This document shows positions 1 to 14,129 of a DNA stretch of 64,000 nucleotides, in pieces (position 1 is the first letter of the stretch; every line of letters begins with the position of its first letter). The stretch is from Eledone cirrhosa. Its lineage: Eukaryota. Position numbers and translations under genes: made by a program. The stretch covers positions 21,700,001 to 21,764,000 of the forward strand of contig OZ024744.1 of assembly GCA_964016885.1 (NCBI GenBank), written 5' to 3'. The notes beneath the pieces were generated by a model. It had not been told where the DNA came from. It saw only the letters and a program-made list of their open reading frames with translations, and ran no database searches.

Positions 1-3000
1 CAGCCACAACAGCTATGACATCTTCATACAGTTAGAAGAGGTGACAGCAACAACAGCTATGACATCTTTAGACAGTTAGAAGAGGTGACAGCCACAATAG
101 CTATGACATCTTCAGACAGTTAGAAGACGTGACAAGCACAACAGCTATGACATCTTCAGACAGTTAGAAGAGGTGACAAGCACAACAGCTATGACATCTT
201 CAGACAGTTAGAAGAGGTGACAGCAACAACAGCTATGACATCTTCAGACAAGAGGTGACAGCCACAACAGCTATGACATCTTCAGACAGTTAGAAGAGGT
301 GACAGCAACAACAGCTATGACATCTTCAGACAGAAGAGGTGACAGCCACAACACCTATGACATCTTCAGACAGTTAGAAGAGGTGACAGCCACAACAGCT
401 ATGACGTCTTTAGACAGTTAGAAGAGGTGACAGGAACAACAGCTATGACATCTTCAGACAGAAGAGGTGACAGCCACAACAGCTATGACATCTTCAGAGT
501 GTTAGAAGAGGTGACAGCCACAACAGCTATGACATCTTCAGACAGAAGAGGTGACAGCCACAACAGCTATGACATCTTCAGACAGAAGAGGTGACAGACA
601 CAACAGCTATAACATCTTCAGACAGTTAGAAGAGGTGACAGGCACAACAGCTATGACATCTTCAGACAGTTAGAAGAGGTGACAGGCACAACAGCTATGA
701 CATCTTCAGAGAGTTAGAAGAGGTGACAGCCACAACAGCTATGACTACTTCAGACAGTTAGAAGAGGTGACAGCCACAACAGCTATGACATATTCAGACA
801 AAAGTGGTGACAGGCACAACAGCTATGCCATCTTCAGAGAGTTAGAAGAGGTGACAGGCACAACAGCTATGACATCTTTAGAGAGAAGAGGTGACAGCCA
901 CAACAGCTATGACATCTTCAGGCAGTTAGAAGAGGTGACAGCCTCAACAGCTATGACATCTTCAGACAGTTAAAAGAGGTGACAGAAACAACAGTTGTGA
1001 CATCTTCAGACAGTTAGAAGAGGTGACAGCCACAACAGCTATGACATCTTCAGACAGTTAGAAGAGGTGACAGGCACAACAGCTATGACATCTTCAGAGA
1101 GAAGAGGTGACAGGCACAACAGCTATTACATCTTCAGACAGTTAGAAGAGGTGACAGGCACAACAGCTATGACTTCTTCAGACAGTTAGAAGAGGTGACA
1201 GCCACAACAGCTATGACATATTCAGACAAAAGAAGTGACAGGCACAACAGCTATGCCATCTTCAGAGAGTTAGAAGAGGTGACAGGCACAACAGCTATGA
1301 CATCTTCAGACAGAAGAGGTGACAGCCACAACAGCTATGACATCTTCAGACTATTAGAAGAGGTGAAAGCCACAACAGCTATGACATCTTCAGACAGAAG
1401 AGGTGACAGCCACAACAGCTATGACATCTTCAGACAGTTAGAAGAGTTGACAGGCACAACAGCTATGACATATTCTGTCAGTTAGAAGAGGTGACAGCCA
1501 CAACAGCTATGACATCTTCAGACAGTTAAAAGAGGTGACAGGCACAACAGCTGTGACATCTTCAGACAGTTAGAAGAGGTGACAGCCACAACAGCTATGA
1601 CATCTTCAGACAGTTAGAAGAGGTGACAGGCACAACAGCTATGACATATTCAGAGAGAAGAGGTGACAGGCACAACAGCTATGACATCTTCAGACTGTTA
1701 GAAGAGGTGGCAGCCACAACAGCTATGACATCTTCAGACAGAAGAGGTGACACCCACAACAGCTATGACATCTTCAGACTGTTAGAAGAGGTGACAGCCA
1801 CAACAGCTATGACATCTTCAGACAGAAGAGGTGACAGCCACAACAGCTATGACATCTTCAGAGTGAAGAGGTGACAGGCACAACAGCTATGACATCTTCA
1901 GACAGAAGAGGTGACAGACACAACAGCTATAACATCTTCAGACATTTAGAAGAGGTGACAGGCACAACAGCTATGACATCTTCAGACAGTTAGAAGAGGT
2001 GACAGGCACAACAGCTATGACCTCTTCAGAGAGTTAGAAGAGGTGACAGCAACAACAGCTATGACATCTTCATACAGTTAGAAGAGGTGACAGCAACAAC
2101 AGCTATGACATCTTTAGACAGTTAGAAGAGGTGACAGCCACAACAGCTATGACATCTTCAGACAGTTAGAAGACGTGACAAGCACAACAGCTATGACATC
2201 TTCAGACAGTTAGAAGAGGTGACAAGCACAACAGCTATGACATCTTCAGACAGTTAGAAGAGGTGACAGCAACAACAGCTATGACATCTTCAGACAAGAG
2301 GTGACAGCCACAACAGCTATGACATCTTCAGACAGTTAGAAGAGGTGACAGCAACAACAGCTATGACATCTTCAGACAGAAGAGGTGACAGCCACAACAC
2401 CTATGACATCTTCAGACAGTTAGAAGAGGTGACAGCCACAACAGCTATGACGTCTTTAGACAGTTAGAAGAGGTGACAGGAACAACAGCTATGACATCTT
2501 CAGACAGTTAGAAGAGGTGACAGGCACAACAGCTATGACATCTTCAGACAGTTAGAAGAGGTGACAGCAACAACATCTATGGCATCTTCAGACAGAAGAG
2601 GTGACAGCCACAACAGTTATGACATCTTCAGACAGATAGAAGAGGTGACAGGCACAACAGCTATGACTTCTTTAGACAGTTAGAAGAGGTGGCAGCCACA
2701 ACAGCTATGACATATTCAGACAGTTAGAAGAGGTGACAGGCACAACAGCTATGACATCTTCAGACAGTTAGAAGAGGTGACAGCCACAACAGCTATGACA
2801 TCTTCAGACAGTTAGAAGAGGTGACAGCAACAACAGCTATGACATATTCAGACAGTTAGAAGAGGTGACAGGCACAACAGCTATGACATCTTTAGACAGT
2901 TAGAAGAGGTGATAGCCACAACAGCTATGACATCTTCAGACAGAAGAGGTGACAGCTACAACAGCTATGACATCTTCAGAGAGAAGAGGTGACAGGCACA

Positions 3001-6000
3001 ACAGCTATGACATCTTCAGACAGAAGAGGTGACATACGCAACAGCTATAACATCTTCAGACAGTTAGAAGAGGTGACAGGCACAACAGCTACGACATCTT
3101 TAGACAGTTAGAAGAGGTGACAGCCAGAACAGCTATGACATCTTCAGACAGTTAGAAGAGGTGACCGCCACAACATCTATGACATCTTCATACAGTTAGA
3201 AGAGGTGACAGCAACAACAGCTATGACATCTTCAGACAGTTAGAAGACGTGACAAGCACAACAGCTATGACATCTTCAGACAGTTAGAAGAGGTGACAAG
3301 CACAACAGCTATGACATCTTCAGACAGTTAGAAGAGGTGACAGCAACAACAGCTATGACATCTTCAGACAGAAGAGGTGACAGCCACAACAGCTATGACA
3401 TCTTCAGACAGTTAGAAGAGGTGACAGCAACAACAGCTATGACATCTTCAGACAGAAGAGGTGACAGCCACAACACCTATGACATCTTCAGACAGTTAGA
3501 AGAGGTGACAGCCACAACAGCTATGACGTCTTTAGACAGTTAGAAGAGGTGACAGGAACAACAGCTATGACATCTTCAGACAGTTAGAAGAGGTGACAGA
3601 CACAACAGCTATGACATCTTCAGACAGTTAGAAGAGGTGACAGCAACAACAGCTATGGCATCTTCAGACAGAAGAGGTGACAGGCACAACAGCTATGACA
3701 TATTCAGACAGAAGAGGTGACAGCCACAACAGCTATGACATCTTCAGACTATTAGAAGAGGTGAAAGCCACAACAGCTATGACATCTTCAGACAGAAGAG
3801 GTGACAGCCACAACAGCTATGACATCTTCAGACAGTTAGAAGAGGTGACAGGCACAACAGCTATGACATATTCTGTCAGTTAGAAGAGGTGACAGCCACA
3901 ACAGCTATGACATCTTCAGACAGTTAAAAGAGGTGACAGGCACAACAGCTGTGACATCTTCAGACAGTTAGAAGAGGTGACAGCCACAACAGCTATGACA
4001 TCTTCAGACAGTTAGAAGAGGTGACAGGCACAACAGATATGACATATTCAGAGAGAAGAGGTGACAGGCACAACAGCTATGACATCTTCAGACTGTTAGA
4101 AGAGGTGGCAGCCACAACAGCTATGACATCTTCAGACAGAAGAGGTGACACCCACAACAGCTATGACATCTTCAGACTGTTAGAAGAGGTGACAGCCACA
4201 ACAGCTATGACATCTTCAGACAGAAGAGGTGACAGCCACAACAGCTATGACATCTTCAGAGTGAAGAGGTGACAGGCACAACAGCTATGACATCTTCAGA
4301 CAGAAGAGGTGACAGACACAACAGCTATAACATCTTCAGACATTTAGAAGAGGTGACAGGCACAACAGCTATGACATCTTCAGACAGTTAGAAGAGGTGA
4401 CAGGCACAACAGCTATGACCTCTTCAGAGAGTTAGAAGAGGTGACAGCCACAACAGCTATGACATCTTCATACAGTTAGAAGAGGTGACAGCAACAACAG
4501 CTATGACATCTTTAGACAGTTAGAAGAGGTGACAGCCACAATAGCTATGACATCTTCAGACAGTTAGAAGACGTGACAAGCACAACAGCTATGACATCTT
4601 CAGACAGTTAGAAGAGGTGACAAGCACAACAGCTATGACATCTTCAGACAGTTAGAAGAGGTGACAGCAACAACAGCTATGACATCTTCAGACAAGAGGT
4701 GACAGCCACAACAGCTATGACATCTTCAGACAGTTAGAAGAGGTGACAGCAACAACAGCTATGACATCTTCAGACAGAAGAGGTGACAGCCACAACACCT
4801 ATGACATCTTCAGACAGTTAGAAGAGGTGACAGCCACAACAGCCATGACATCTTCAGACAGTTATAAGATGTGACAGCCACAACAGCTATGACATATTCA
4901 GACAGTTAGAAGAGGTGACAGGCACAACAGCTATGGCATCTTCAGACAGTTAGAAGAGGTGACAGCCACAACAGCTATGGCATCTTTAGACAGTTAGAAG
5001 AGGTGACAGCAACAACAGCTATGACATATTCAGACAGTTAGAAGAGGTGACAGGCACAACAGCTATGACATCTTTAGACAGTTAGAAGAGGTGATAGCCA
5101 CAACAGCTATGACATCTTCAGACAGAAGAGGTGACAGCTACAACAGCTATGACATCTTCAGAGAGAAGAGGTGACAGGCACAACAGCTATGACATCTTCA
5201 GACAGAAGAGGTGACATACGCAACAGCTATAACATCTTCAGACAGTTAGAAGAGGTGACAGGCACAACAGCTACGACATCTTTAGACAGTTAGAAGAGGT
5301 GACAGCCAGAACAGCTATGACATCTTCAGACAGTTAGAAGAGGTGACCGCCACAACATCTATGACATCTTCATACAGTTAGAAGAGGTGACAAGCACAAC
5401 AGCTATGACATCTTCAGACAGTTAGAAGAGGTGACAGCAACAACAGCTATGACATCTTCAGACAGAAGAGGTGACAGCCACAACAGCTATGACATCTTCA
5501 GACAGTTAGAAGAGGTGACAGCAACAACAGCTATGACATCTTCAGACAGAAGAGGTGACAGCCACAACACCTATGACATCTTCAGACAGTTAGAAGAGGT
5601 GACAGCCACAACAGCTATGACGTATTTAGACAGTTAGAAGAGGTGACAGGAACAACAGCTATGACATCTTCAGACAGTTAGAAGAGGTGACAGACACAAC
5701 AGCTATGACATCTTCAGACAGTTAGAAGAGGTGACAGCAACAACAGCTATGGCATCTTCAGACAGAAGAGGTGACAGGCACAACAGCTATGACATATTCA
5801 GACAGAAGAGGTGACAGCCACAACAGCTATGACATCTTCAGACTATTAGAAGAGGTGAAAGCCACAACAGCTATGACATCTTCAGACAGAAGAGGTGACA
5901 GCCACAACAGCTATGACATCTTCAGACAGTTAGAAGAGGTGACAGGCACAACAGCTATGACATATTCTGTCAGTTAGAAGAGGTGACAGCCACAACAGCT

Positions 6001-9000
6001 ATGACATCTTCAGACAGTTAAAAGAGGTGACAGGCACAACAGCTGTGACATCTTCAGACAGTTAGAAGAGGTGACAGCCACAACAGCTATGACATCTTCA
6101 GACAGTTAGAAGAGGTGACAGGCACAACAGCTATGACATATTCAGAGAGAAGAGGTGACAGGCACAACAGCTATGACATCTTCAGACTGTTAGAAGAGGT
6201 GGCAGCCACAACAGCTATGACATCTTCAGACAGAAGAGGTGACAGCCACAACAGCTATGACATCTTCAGAGTGAAGAGGTGACAGGCACAACAGCTATGA
6301 CATCTTCAGACAGAAGAGGTGACAGACACAACAGCTATAACATCTTCAGACATTTAGAAGAGGTGACAGGCACAACAGCTATGACATCTTCAGACAGTTA
6401 GAAGAGGTGACAGGCACAACAGCTATGACATCTTCAGAGAGTTAGAAGAGGTGACAGCCACAACAGCTATGACATCTTCATACAGTTAGAAGAGGTGACA
6501 GCAACAACAGCTATGACATCTTTAGACAGTTAGAAGAGGTGACAGCCACAACAGCTATGACATCTTCAGACAGTTATAAGATGTGACAGCCACAACAGCT
6601 ATGACATATTCAGACAGTTAGAAGAGGTGACAGGCACAACAGCTATGGCATCTTCAGACAGTTAGAAGAGGTGACAGCCACAACAGCTATGACATCTTTA
6701 GACAGTTAGAAGAGGTGACAGCAACAACAGCTATGACATATTCAGACAGTTAGAAGAGGTGACGGGCACAACAGCTATGACATCTTTAGACAGTTAGAAG
6801 AGGTGACAGCCACAACAGCTATGACATCTTCAGACAGAAGAGGTGTCAGCTACAACAGCTATGACATCTTCAGAGAGAAGAGGTGACAGGCACAACAGCT
6901 ATGACATCTTCAGACAGAAGAGGTGACATACGCAACAGCTATAACATCTTCAGACAGTTAGAAGAGGTGACAGGCACAACAGCTATGACATCTTTAGACA
7001 GTTAGAAGAGGTGACAACCACACCAGCTATGACATCTTTAGACAGTTAGAAGAGGTGACAGCCAGAACAGCTATGACATCTTCAGACAGTTAGAAGAGGT
7101 GACCGCCACAACATCTATGACATCTTCATACAGTTAGAAGAGGTGACAGCAACAACAGCTATGACATCTTTAGACAGTTAGAAGAGGTGACAGCCACAAC
7201 AGCTATGACATCTTCAGACAGTTAGAAGACGTGACAAGCACAACAGCTATGACATCTTCAGACAGTTAGAAGAGGTGACAAGCACAACAGCTATGACATC
7301 TTCAGACAGTTAGAAGAGGTGACAGCAACAACAGCTATGACATCTTCAGACAAAAGAGGTGACAGCCACAACAGCTATGACATCTTCAGACAGTTAGAAG
7401 GGGTGACAGCAACAATAGCTATGACATCCTCAGACAGAAGAGGTGACAGCCACAACACCTATGACATCTTCAGACAGTTAGAAGAGGTGACAGCCACAAC
7501 AGCTATGACGTCTTTAGACAGTTAGAAGAGGTGACAGGAACAACAGCTATGACATCTTCAGACAGTTAGAAGAGGTGACAGGCACAACAGCTATGACATC
7601 TTCAGACAGTTAGAAGAGGTGACAGCAACAACAGCTATGGCATCTTCAGACAGAAGAGGTGACAGGCACAACAGCTATGACATCTTCAGACAGAAGAGGT
7701 GACAGCCACAACAGCTATGACATCTTCAGACTATTAGAAGAGGTGAAAGCCACAACAGCTATGACATCTTCAGACAGAAGAGGTGACAGCCACAACAGCT
7801 ATGACATCTTCAGACAGTTAGAAGAGGTGACAGGCACAACAGCTATGACATATTCTGTCAGTTAGAAGAGGTGACAGCCACAACAGCTATGACATCTTCA
7901 GACAGTTAAAAGAGGTGACAGGCACAACAGCTGTGACATCTTCAGACAGTTAGAAGAGGTGACAGCCACAACAGCTATGACATCTTCAGACAGTTAGAAG
8001 AGGTGACAGGCACAACAGCTATGACATATTCAGAGAGAAGAGGTGACAGGCACAACAGCTATGACATCTTCAGACTGTTAGAAGAGGTGGCAGCCACAAC
8101 AGCTATGACATCTTCAGACAGAAGAGGTGACACCCACAACAGCTATGACATCTTCAGACTGTTAGAAGAGGTGACAGCCACAACAGCTATGACATCTTCA
8201 GAGTGAAGAGGTGACAGGCACAACAGCTATGACATCTTCAGACAGAAGAGGTGACAGACACAACAGCTATAACATCTTCAGACATTTAGAAGAGGTGACA
8301 GGCACAACAGCTATGACATCTTCAGACAGTTAGAAGAGGTGACAGGCACAACAGCTATGACATCTTCAGAGAGTTAGAAGAGGTGACAGCCACAACAGCT
8401 ATGACATCTTCATACAGTTAGAAGAGGTGACAGCAACAACAGCTATGACATCTTTAGACAGTTAGAAGAGGTGACAGCCACAACAGCTATGACATCTTCA
8501 GACAGTTAGAAGAGGTGACAAGCACAACAGCTATGACATCTTCAGACAGTTAGAAGAGGTGACAGCAACAACAGCTATGACATCTTCAGACAGAAGAGGT
8601 GACAGCCACAACAGCTATGACATCTTCAGACAGTTAGAAGAGGTGACAGCAACAACAGCTATGACATCTTCAGACAGAAGAGGTGACAGCCACAACACCT
8701 ATGACATCTTCAGACAGTTAGAAGAGGTGACAGCCACAACAGCTATGACGTCTTTAGACAGTTAGAAGAGGTGACAGGAACAACAGCTATGACATCTTCA
8801 GACAGTTAGAAGAGGTGACAGGCACAACAGCTATGACATCTTCAGACAGTTAGAAGAGGTGACAGCAACAACAGCTATGGCATCTTCAGACAGAAGAGGT
8901 GACAGCCACAACAGTTATGACATCTTCAGACAGATAGAAGAGGTGACAGGCGCAACAGCTATGACTTCTTTAGACAGTTAGAAGAGGTGGCAGCCACAAC

Positions 9001-11229
9001 AGCTATGACATATTCAGACAGTTAGAAGAGGTGACAGGCACAACAGCTATGACATCTTCAGACAGTTAGAAGAGGTGACAGCCACAACAGCTATGACATC
9101 TTCAGACAGTTATAAGATGTGACAGCCACAACAGCTATGACATATTCAGACAGTTAGAAGAGGTGACAGGCACAACAGCTATGGCATCTTCAGACAGTTA
9201 GAAGAGCTGACAGCCACAACAGCTATGACATCTTTAGACAGTTAGAAGAGGTGACAGCCACAACAGCTATGACATCTTCAGACAGAAGAGGTGACAGCTA
9301 CAACAGCTATGACATCTTCAGAGAGAAGAGGTGACAGGCACAACAGCTATGACATCTTCAGACAGAAGAGGTGACATACGCAACAGCTATAACATCTTCA
9401 GACAGTTAGAAGAGGTGACAGGCACAACAGCTATGACATCTTTAGACAGTTAGAAGAGGTGACAACCACAACAGCTATGACATCTTTAGACAGTTAGAAG
9501 AGGTGACAGCCAGAACAGCTATGACATCTTCAGACAGTTAGAAGAGGTGACCGCCACAACATCTATGACATCTTCATACAGTTAGAAGAGGTGACAGCAA
9601 CAACAGCTATGACATCTTTAGACAGTTAGAAGAGGTGACAGCCACAACAGCTATGACATCTTCAGACAGTTAGAAGACGTGACAAGCACAACAGCTATGA
9701 CATCTTCAGACAGTTAGAAGAGGTGACAAACACAACAGCTATGACATCTTCAGACAGTTAGAAGAGGTGACAGCAACAACAGCTATGACATCTTCAGACA
9801 GAAGAGGTGACAGCCACAACAGCTATGACATCTTCAGACAGTTAGAAGAGGTGACAGCAACAACAGCTATGACATCTTCAGACAGAAGAGGTGACAGCCA
9901 CAACACCTATGACATCTTCAGACAGTTAGAAGAGGTGACAGCCACAACAGCTATGACGTCTTTAGACAGTTAGAAGAGGTGACAGGAACAACAGCTATGA
10001 CATCTTCAGACAGTTAGAAGAGGTGACAGGCACAACAGCTATGACATCTTCAGACAGTTAGAAGAGGTGACAGCAACAACAGCTATGGCATCTTCAGACA
10101 GAAGAGGTGACAGCCACAACAGTTATGACATCTTCAGACAGATAGAAGAGGTGACAGGCACAACAGCTATGACTTCTTTAGACAGTTAGAAGAGGTGGCA
10201 GCCACAACAGCTATGACATATTCAGACAGTTAGAAGAGGTGACAGCCACAACAGCTATGACATATTCAGACAGTTAGAAGAAGTGACAGGCACAACAGCT
10301 ATGGCATCTTCAGACAGAAGAGGTGACAGCTACAACAGCTATGACATCTTCAGAGAGAAGAGGTGACAGGCACAACAGCTATGACATCTTCAGACAGAAG
10401 AGGTGACATACGCAACAGCTATAACATCTTCAGACAGTTAGAAGAGGTGACAGGCACAACAGCTATGACATCTTTAGACAGTTAGAAGAGGTGACAACCA
10501 CAACAGCTATGACATCTTTAGACAGTTAGAAGAGGTGACAGCCAGAACAGCTATGACATCTTCAGACAGTTAGAAGAGGTGACCGCCACAACATCTATAA
10601 CATCTTCATACAGTTAGAAGAGGTGACAGCAACAACAGCTATGACATCTTTAGACAGTTAGAAGAGGTGACAGCCACAACAGCTATGACATCTTCAGACA
10701 GTTAGAAGACGTGACAAGCACAACAGCTATGACATCTTCAGACAGTTAGAAGAGGTGACAAGCACAACAGCTATGACATCTTCAGACAGTTAGAAGAGGT
10801 GACAGCAACAACAGCTATGACATCTTCAGACAGAAGAGGTGACAGCCACAACAGCTATGACATCTTCAGACAGTTAGAAGAGGTGACAGCAACAACAGCT
10901 ATGACATCTTCAGACAGAAGAGGTGACAGCCACAACACCTATGACATCTTCAGACAGTTAGAAGAGGTGACAGCCACAACAGCTATGACGTCTTTAGACA
11001 GTTAGAAGAGGTGACAGGAACAACAGCTATGACATCTTCAGACAGTAAGAAGAGGTGACAGGCACAACAGCTATGACATCTTCAGACAGTTAGAAGAGGT
11101 GACAGCAACAACAGCTATGGCATCTTCAGACAGAAGAGGTGACAGCCACAACAGTTATGACATCTTCAGACAGATAGAAGAGGTGACAGGCACAACAGCT
11201 ATGACATATTCAGACAGTTAGAAGAGGTG

Positions 11230-14010
11230 ACAGGCACAACAGCTATGACATCTCCAGACAGTGAGAAGAGGTGACAGCCACAACAGCTATCACATCTTCA
11301 GACAGAAGAGGTGACAGCCACAACAGCTATCACATCTTCAAAGAGAAGAGGTGACAGGCACAACAGCTATGACATCTTCAGACAGAAGAGGTGACAGACA
11401 CAACGGCTATAACATCTTCAGACAGTTAAAAGAGGTGACTGGCACAACAGCTATGACATCTTCAGACAGTTAGAAGAGGTGACAGCCACAACAGCTATGA
11501 CTTCTTCAGACAGTTAGAAGAGGTGACAGCCACGACAGCTATGACATATTCAGATAGAAGAGGTGACAGGCACAACAGCGATGCCATCTTCAGAGAGTTA
11601 GAAGAGGTGACAGGCACAACAGCTATGACATCTCTAGACAGTTAGAAGAGGTGACAGCCACAACAGCTATGACATCTTCAGACAGTTAGAAGAGGTGACA
11701 GCCACAACAGCTATGACATCTTCAGACATTTAGAAGAGGTGACAGGAACAACAACTATGACATCTTCAGACAGAAGAGGTGACAGCCACAACAGCTATGA
11801 CATCTTCAGACAGTTAGAAAAGGTGACAGCAACAACAGCTATGACATCTTCAGACAGAAGAGGTGACAGCCACAACAGCTATTACATCTTCAGACAGTTA
11901 GAAGAGGTGACAGCCACAACAGCTATGACTTCTTCAGACAGTTAGAAGAGGTGACAGCCACAACAGCTATGACATATTCAGACAAAAGAGTTGACAGGCA
12001 CAACAGCTATGCCATCTTCAGTGAGTTAGAAGAGGTGACAGGCACAACAGCTATGACATCTTCAGACAGAAGAGGTGACAGCCACAACAGTTATGACATC
12101 TTCAGACAGTTAGAAGAGGTGACAGGCACAACAGCTATGACATCTTCAGACAGTTAGAAGAGGTGACAGGCACAACAGCTATGACATATTCTGTCAGTTA
12201 GAAGAGGTGACAGCCACAACAGCTATGACATCTTCAGACAGTTAAAAGAGGTGACAGGCACAACAGCTGTGACATCTTCAGACAGTTAGAAGAGGTGACA
12301 GCCACAACAGCTATGACATCTTCAGACAGTTAGAAGAGGTGACAGGCACAACAGCTATGACATATTCAGAGAGAAGAGGTGACAGGCACAACAGCTATGA
12401 CATCTTCAGACTGTTAGAAGAGGTGGCAGCCACAACAGCATTGACATCTTCAGACAGAAGAGGTGACAGCCACAACAGCTATGACATCTTCAGACTGTTA
12501 GAAGAGGTGACAGCCACAACAGCTATGACATCTTCAGACAGAAGAGGTGACAGCCACAACAGCTATGACATCAAGAGGTGACAGGCACAACAGCTATGAC
12601 ATCTTCAGACAGAAGAGGTGACAGACACTACAGCTATAACATCTTCAGACAGTTAGAAGAGGTGACAGGCACAACAGCTATGACATCTTCAGACAGTTAG
12701 AGGAGGTGACAGGCACAACAGCTATGACATCTTCATAGAGTTAGAAGAGGTGACAGCCACAACAGCTATGACTTCTTCAGACAAAAGAGGTGACAGGCAC
12801 AACAGCTATGCCATCTTCAGAGAGTTAGAAGAGGTGACAGGCACAACAGCTATGACATCTTTAGAGAGAAGAGGTGACAGCCACAACAGCTATGACATCT
12901 TCAGACAGTTAGAAGAGGTGACAGCCTCAACAGCTATGACATCTTCAGACAGTTAAAAGAGGTGACAGAAACAACAGTTGTGACATCTTCAGACAGTTAG
13001 AAGAGGTGACAGCCACAACAGCTATGACATCTTCAGAGTTAGAAGAGGTGACAGGCACAACAGCTATGACATCTTCAGACAGTTAGAAGAGGTGACAGGC
13101 ACAACAGCTATGACATCTTCAGACAGTGAGTAGAGGTGACAGCCACAACAGCTATCACATCTTCAGACAGAAGAGGTGACAGCCACAACAGCTATAACAT
13201 CTTCAAAGAGAAGAGGTGACAGGCACAACAGCTATGACATCTTCAGACAGAAGAGGTGACAGACACAACGGCTATAACATCTTCTGACAGTTAGAAGAGG
13301 TGACTGGCACAACAGCTATGACATCTTCAGACAGTTAGAAGAGGTGACAGCCACAACAGCTATGACTTCTTCAGACAGTTAGAAGAGGTGACAGCCACAA
13401 CAGCTATGACATATTCAGATAGAAGAGGTGACAGGCACAACAGCGATGCCATCTTCAGAGAGTTAGAAGAGGTGACAGGCACAACAGCTATGACATCTTC
13501 AGACAGAAGAGGTGACAGACACAACAGCTATAACATCTTCAGACAGTTAGAAGAGGTGACAGGCACAACAGCTATGACATCTTTAGACAGTTAGAAGAGG
13601 TGACAGCCACAACAGCTATGACATCTTCAGACAGTTAGAAGAGGTGACAGCCACAACAGCTATGACATCTTCAGACATTTAGAAGAGGTGACAGGAACAA
13701 CAACTATGACATCTTCAGACAGAAGAGGTGACAGCCACAACAGCTATGACATCTTCAGACAGTTAGAAAAGGTGACAGCAACAACAGCTATGACATCTTC
13801 AGACAGAAGAGGTGACAGCCACAACAGCTATTACATCTTCAGACAGTTAGAAGAGGTGACAGCCACAACAGCTATGACTTCTTCAGACAGTTAGAAGAGG
13901 TGACAGCCACAACAGCTATGACATATTCAGACAAAAGAGTTGACAGGCACAACAGCTATGCCATCTTCAGTGAGTTAGAAGAGGTGACAGGCACAACAGC
14001 TATGACATCT
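11230..14010 (+). repeat. Duplicated block ~11230-12060 / ~13095-14010 (offset 1865, then 1949 bp)
   Basis: CAACGGCTATAAC at ~11401 and ~13266. Identical ORF translations at 11739/13688 and matching starts at 11951/13900 (offset 1949). The offset grows by 84 bp, one 40+44 pair. Confidence 0.8.
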
Positions 14011-14129
14011 TCAGACAGAAGAGGTGACAGCCACAACAGCTATGACATATTCAGACTATTAGAAGAGGTGAAAGCCACAACAGCTATGACATCTTCAGAC
14101 AGAAGAGGTGACAGCCACAACAGCTATGA

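Noticed and set aside
1195-1485. C2H2 zinc-finger array (84-bp/28-aa period)
   Set aside because: The 28-aa unit has no C-x2-C...H-x3-H pattern or TGEKP linker. The minus-strand Cys-rich frame (RCHSCCGCHLF) is preceded by a TGA stop in each consensus monomer, and no minus-strand ORFs are listed.
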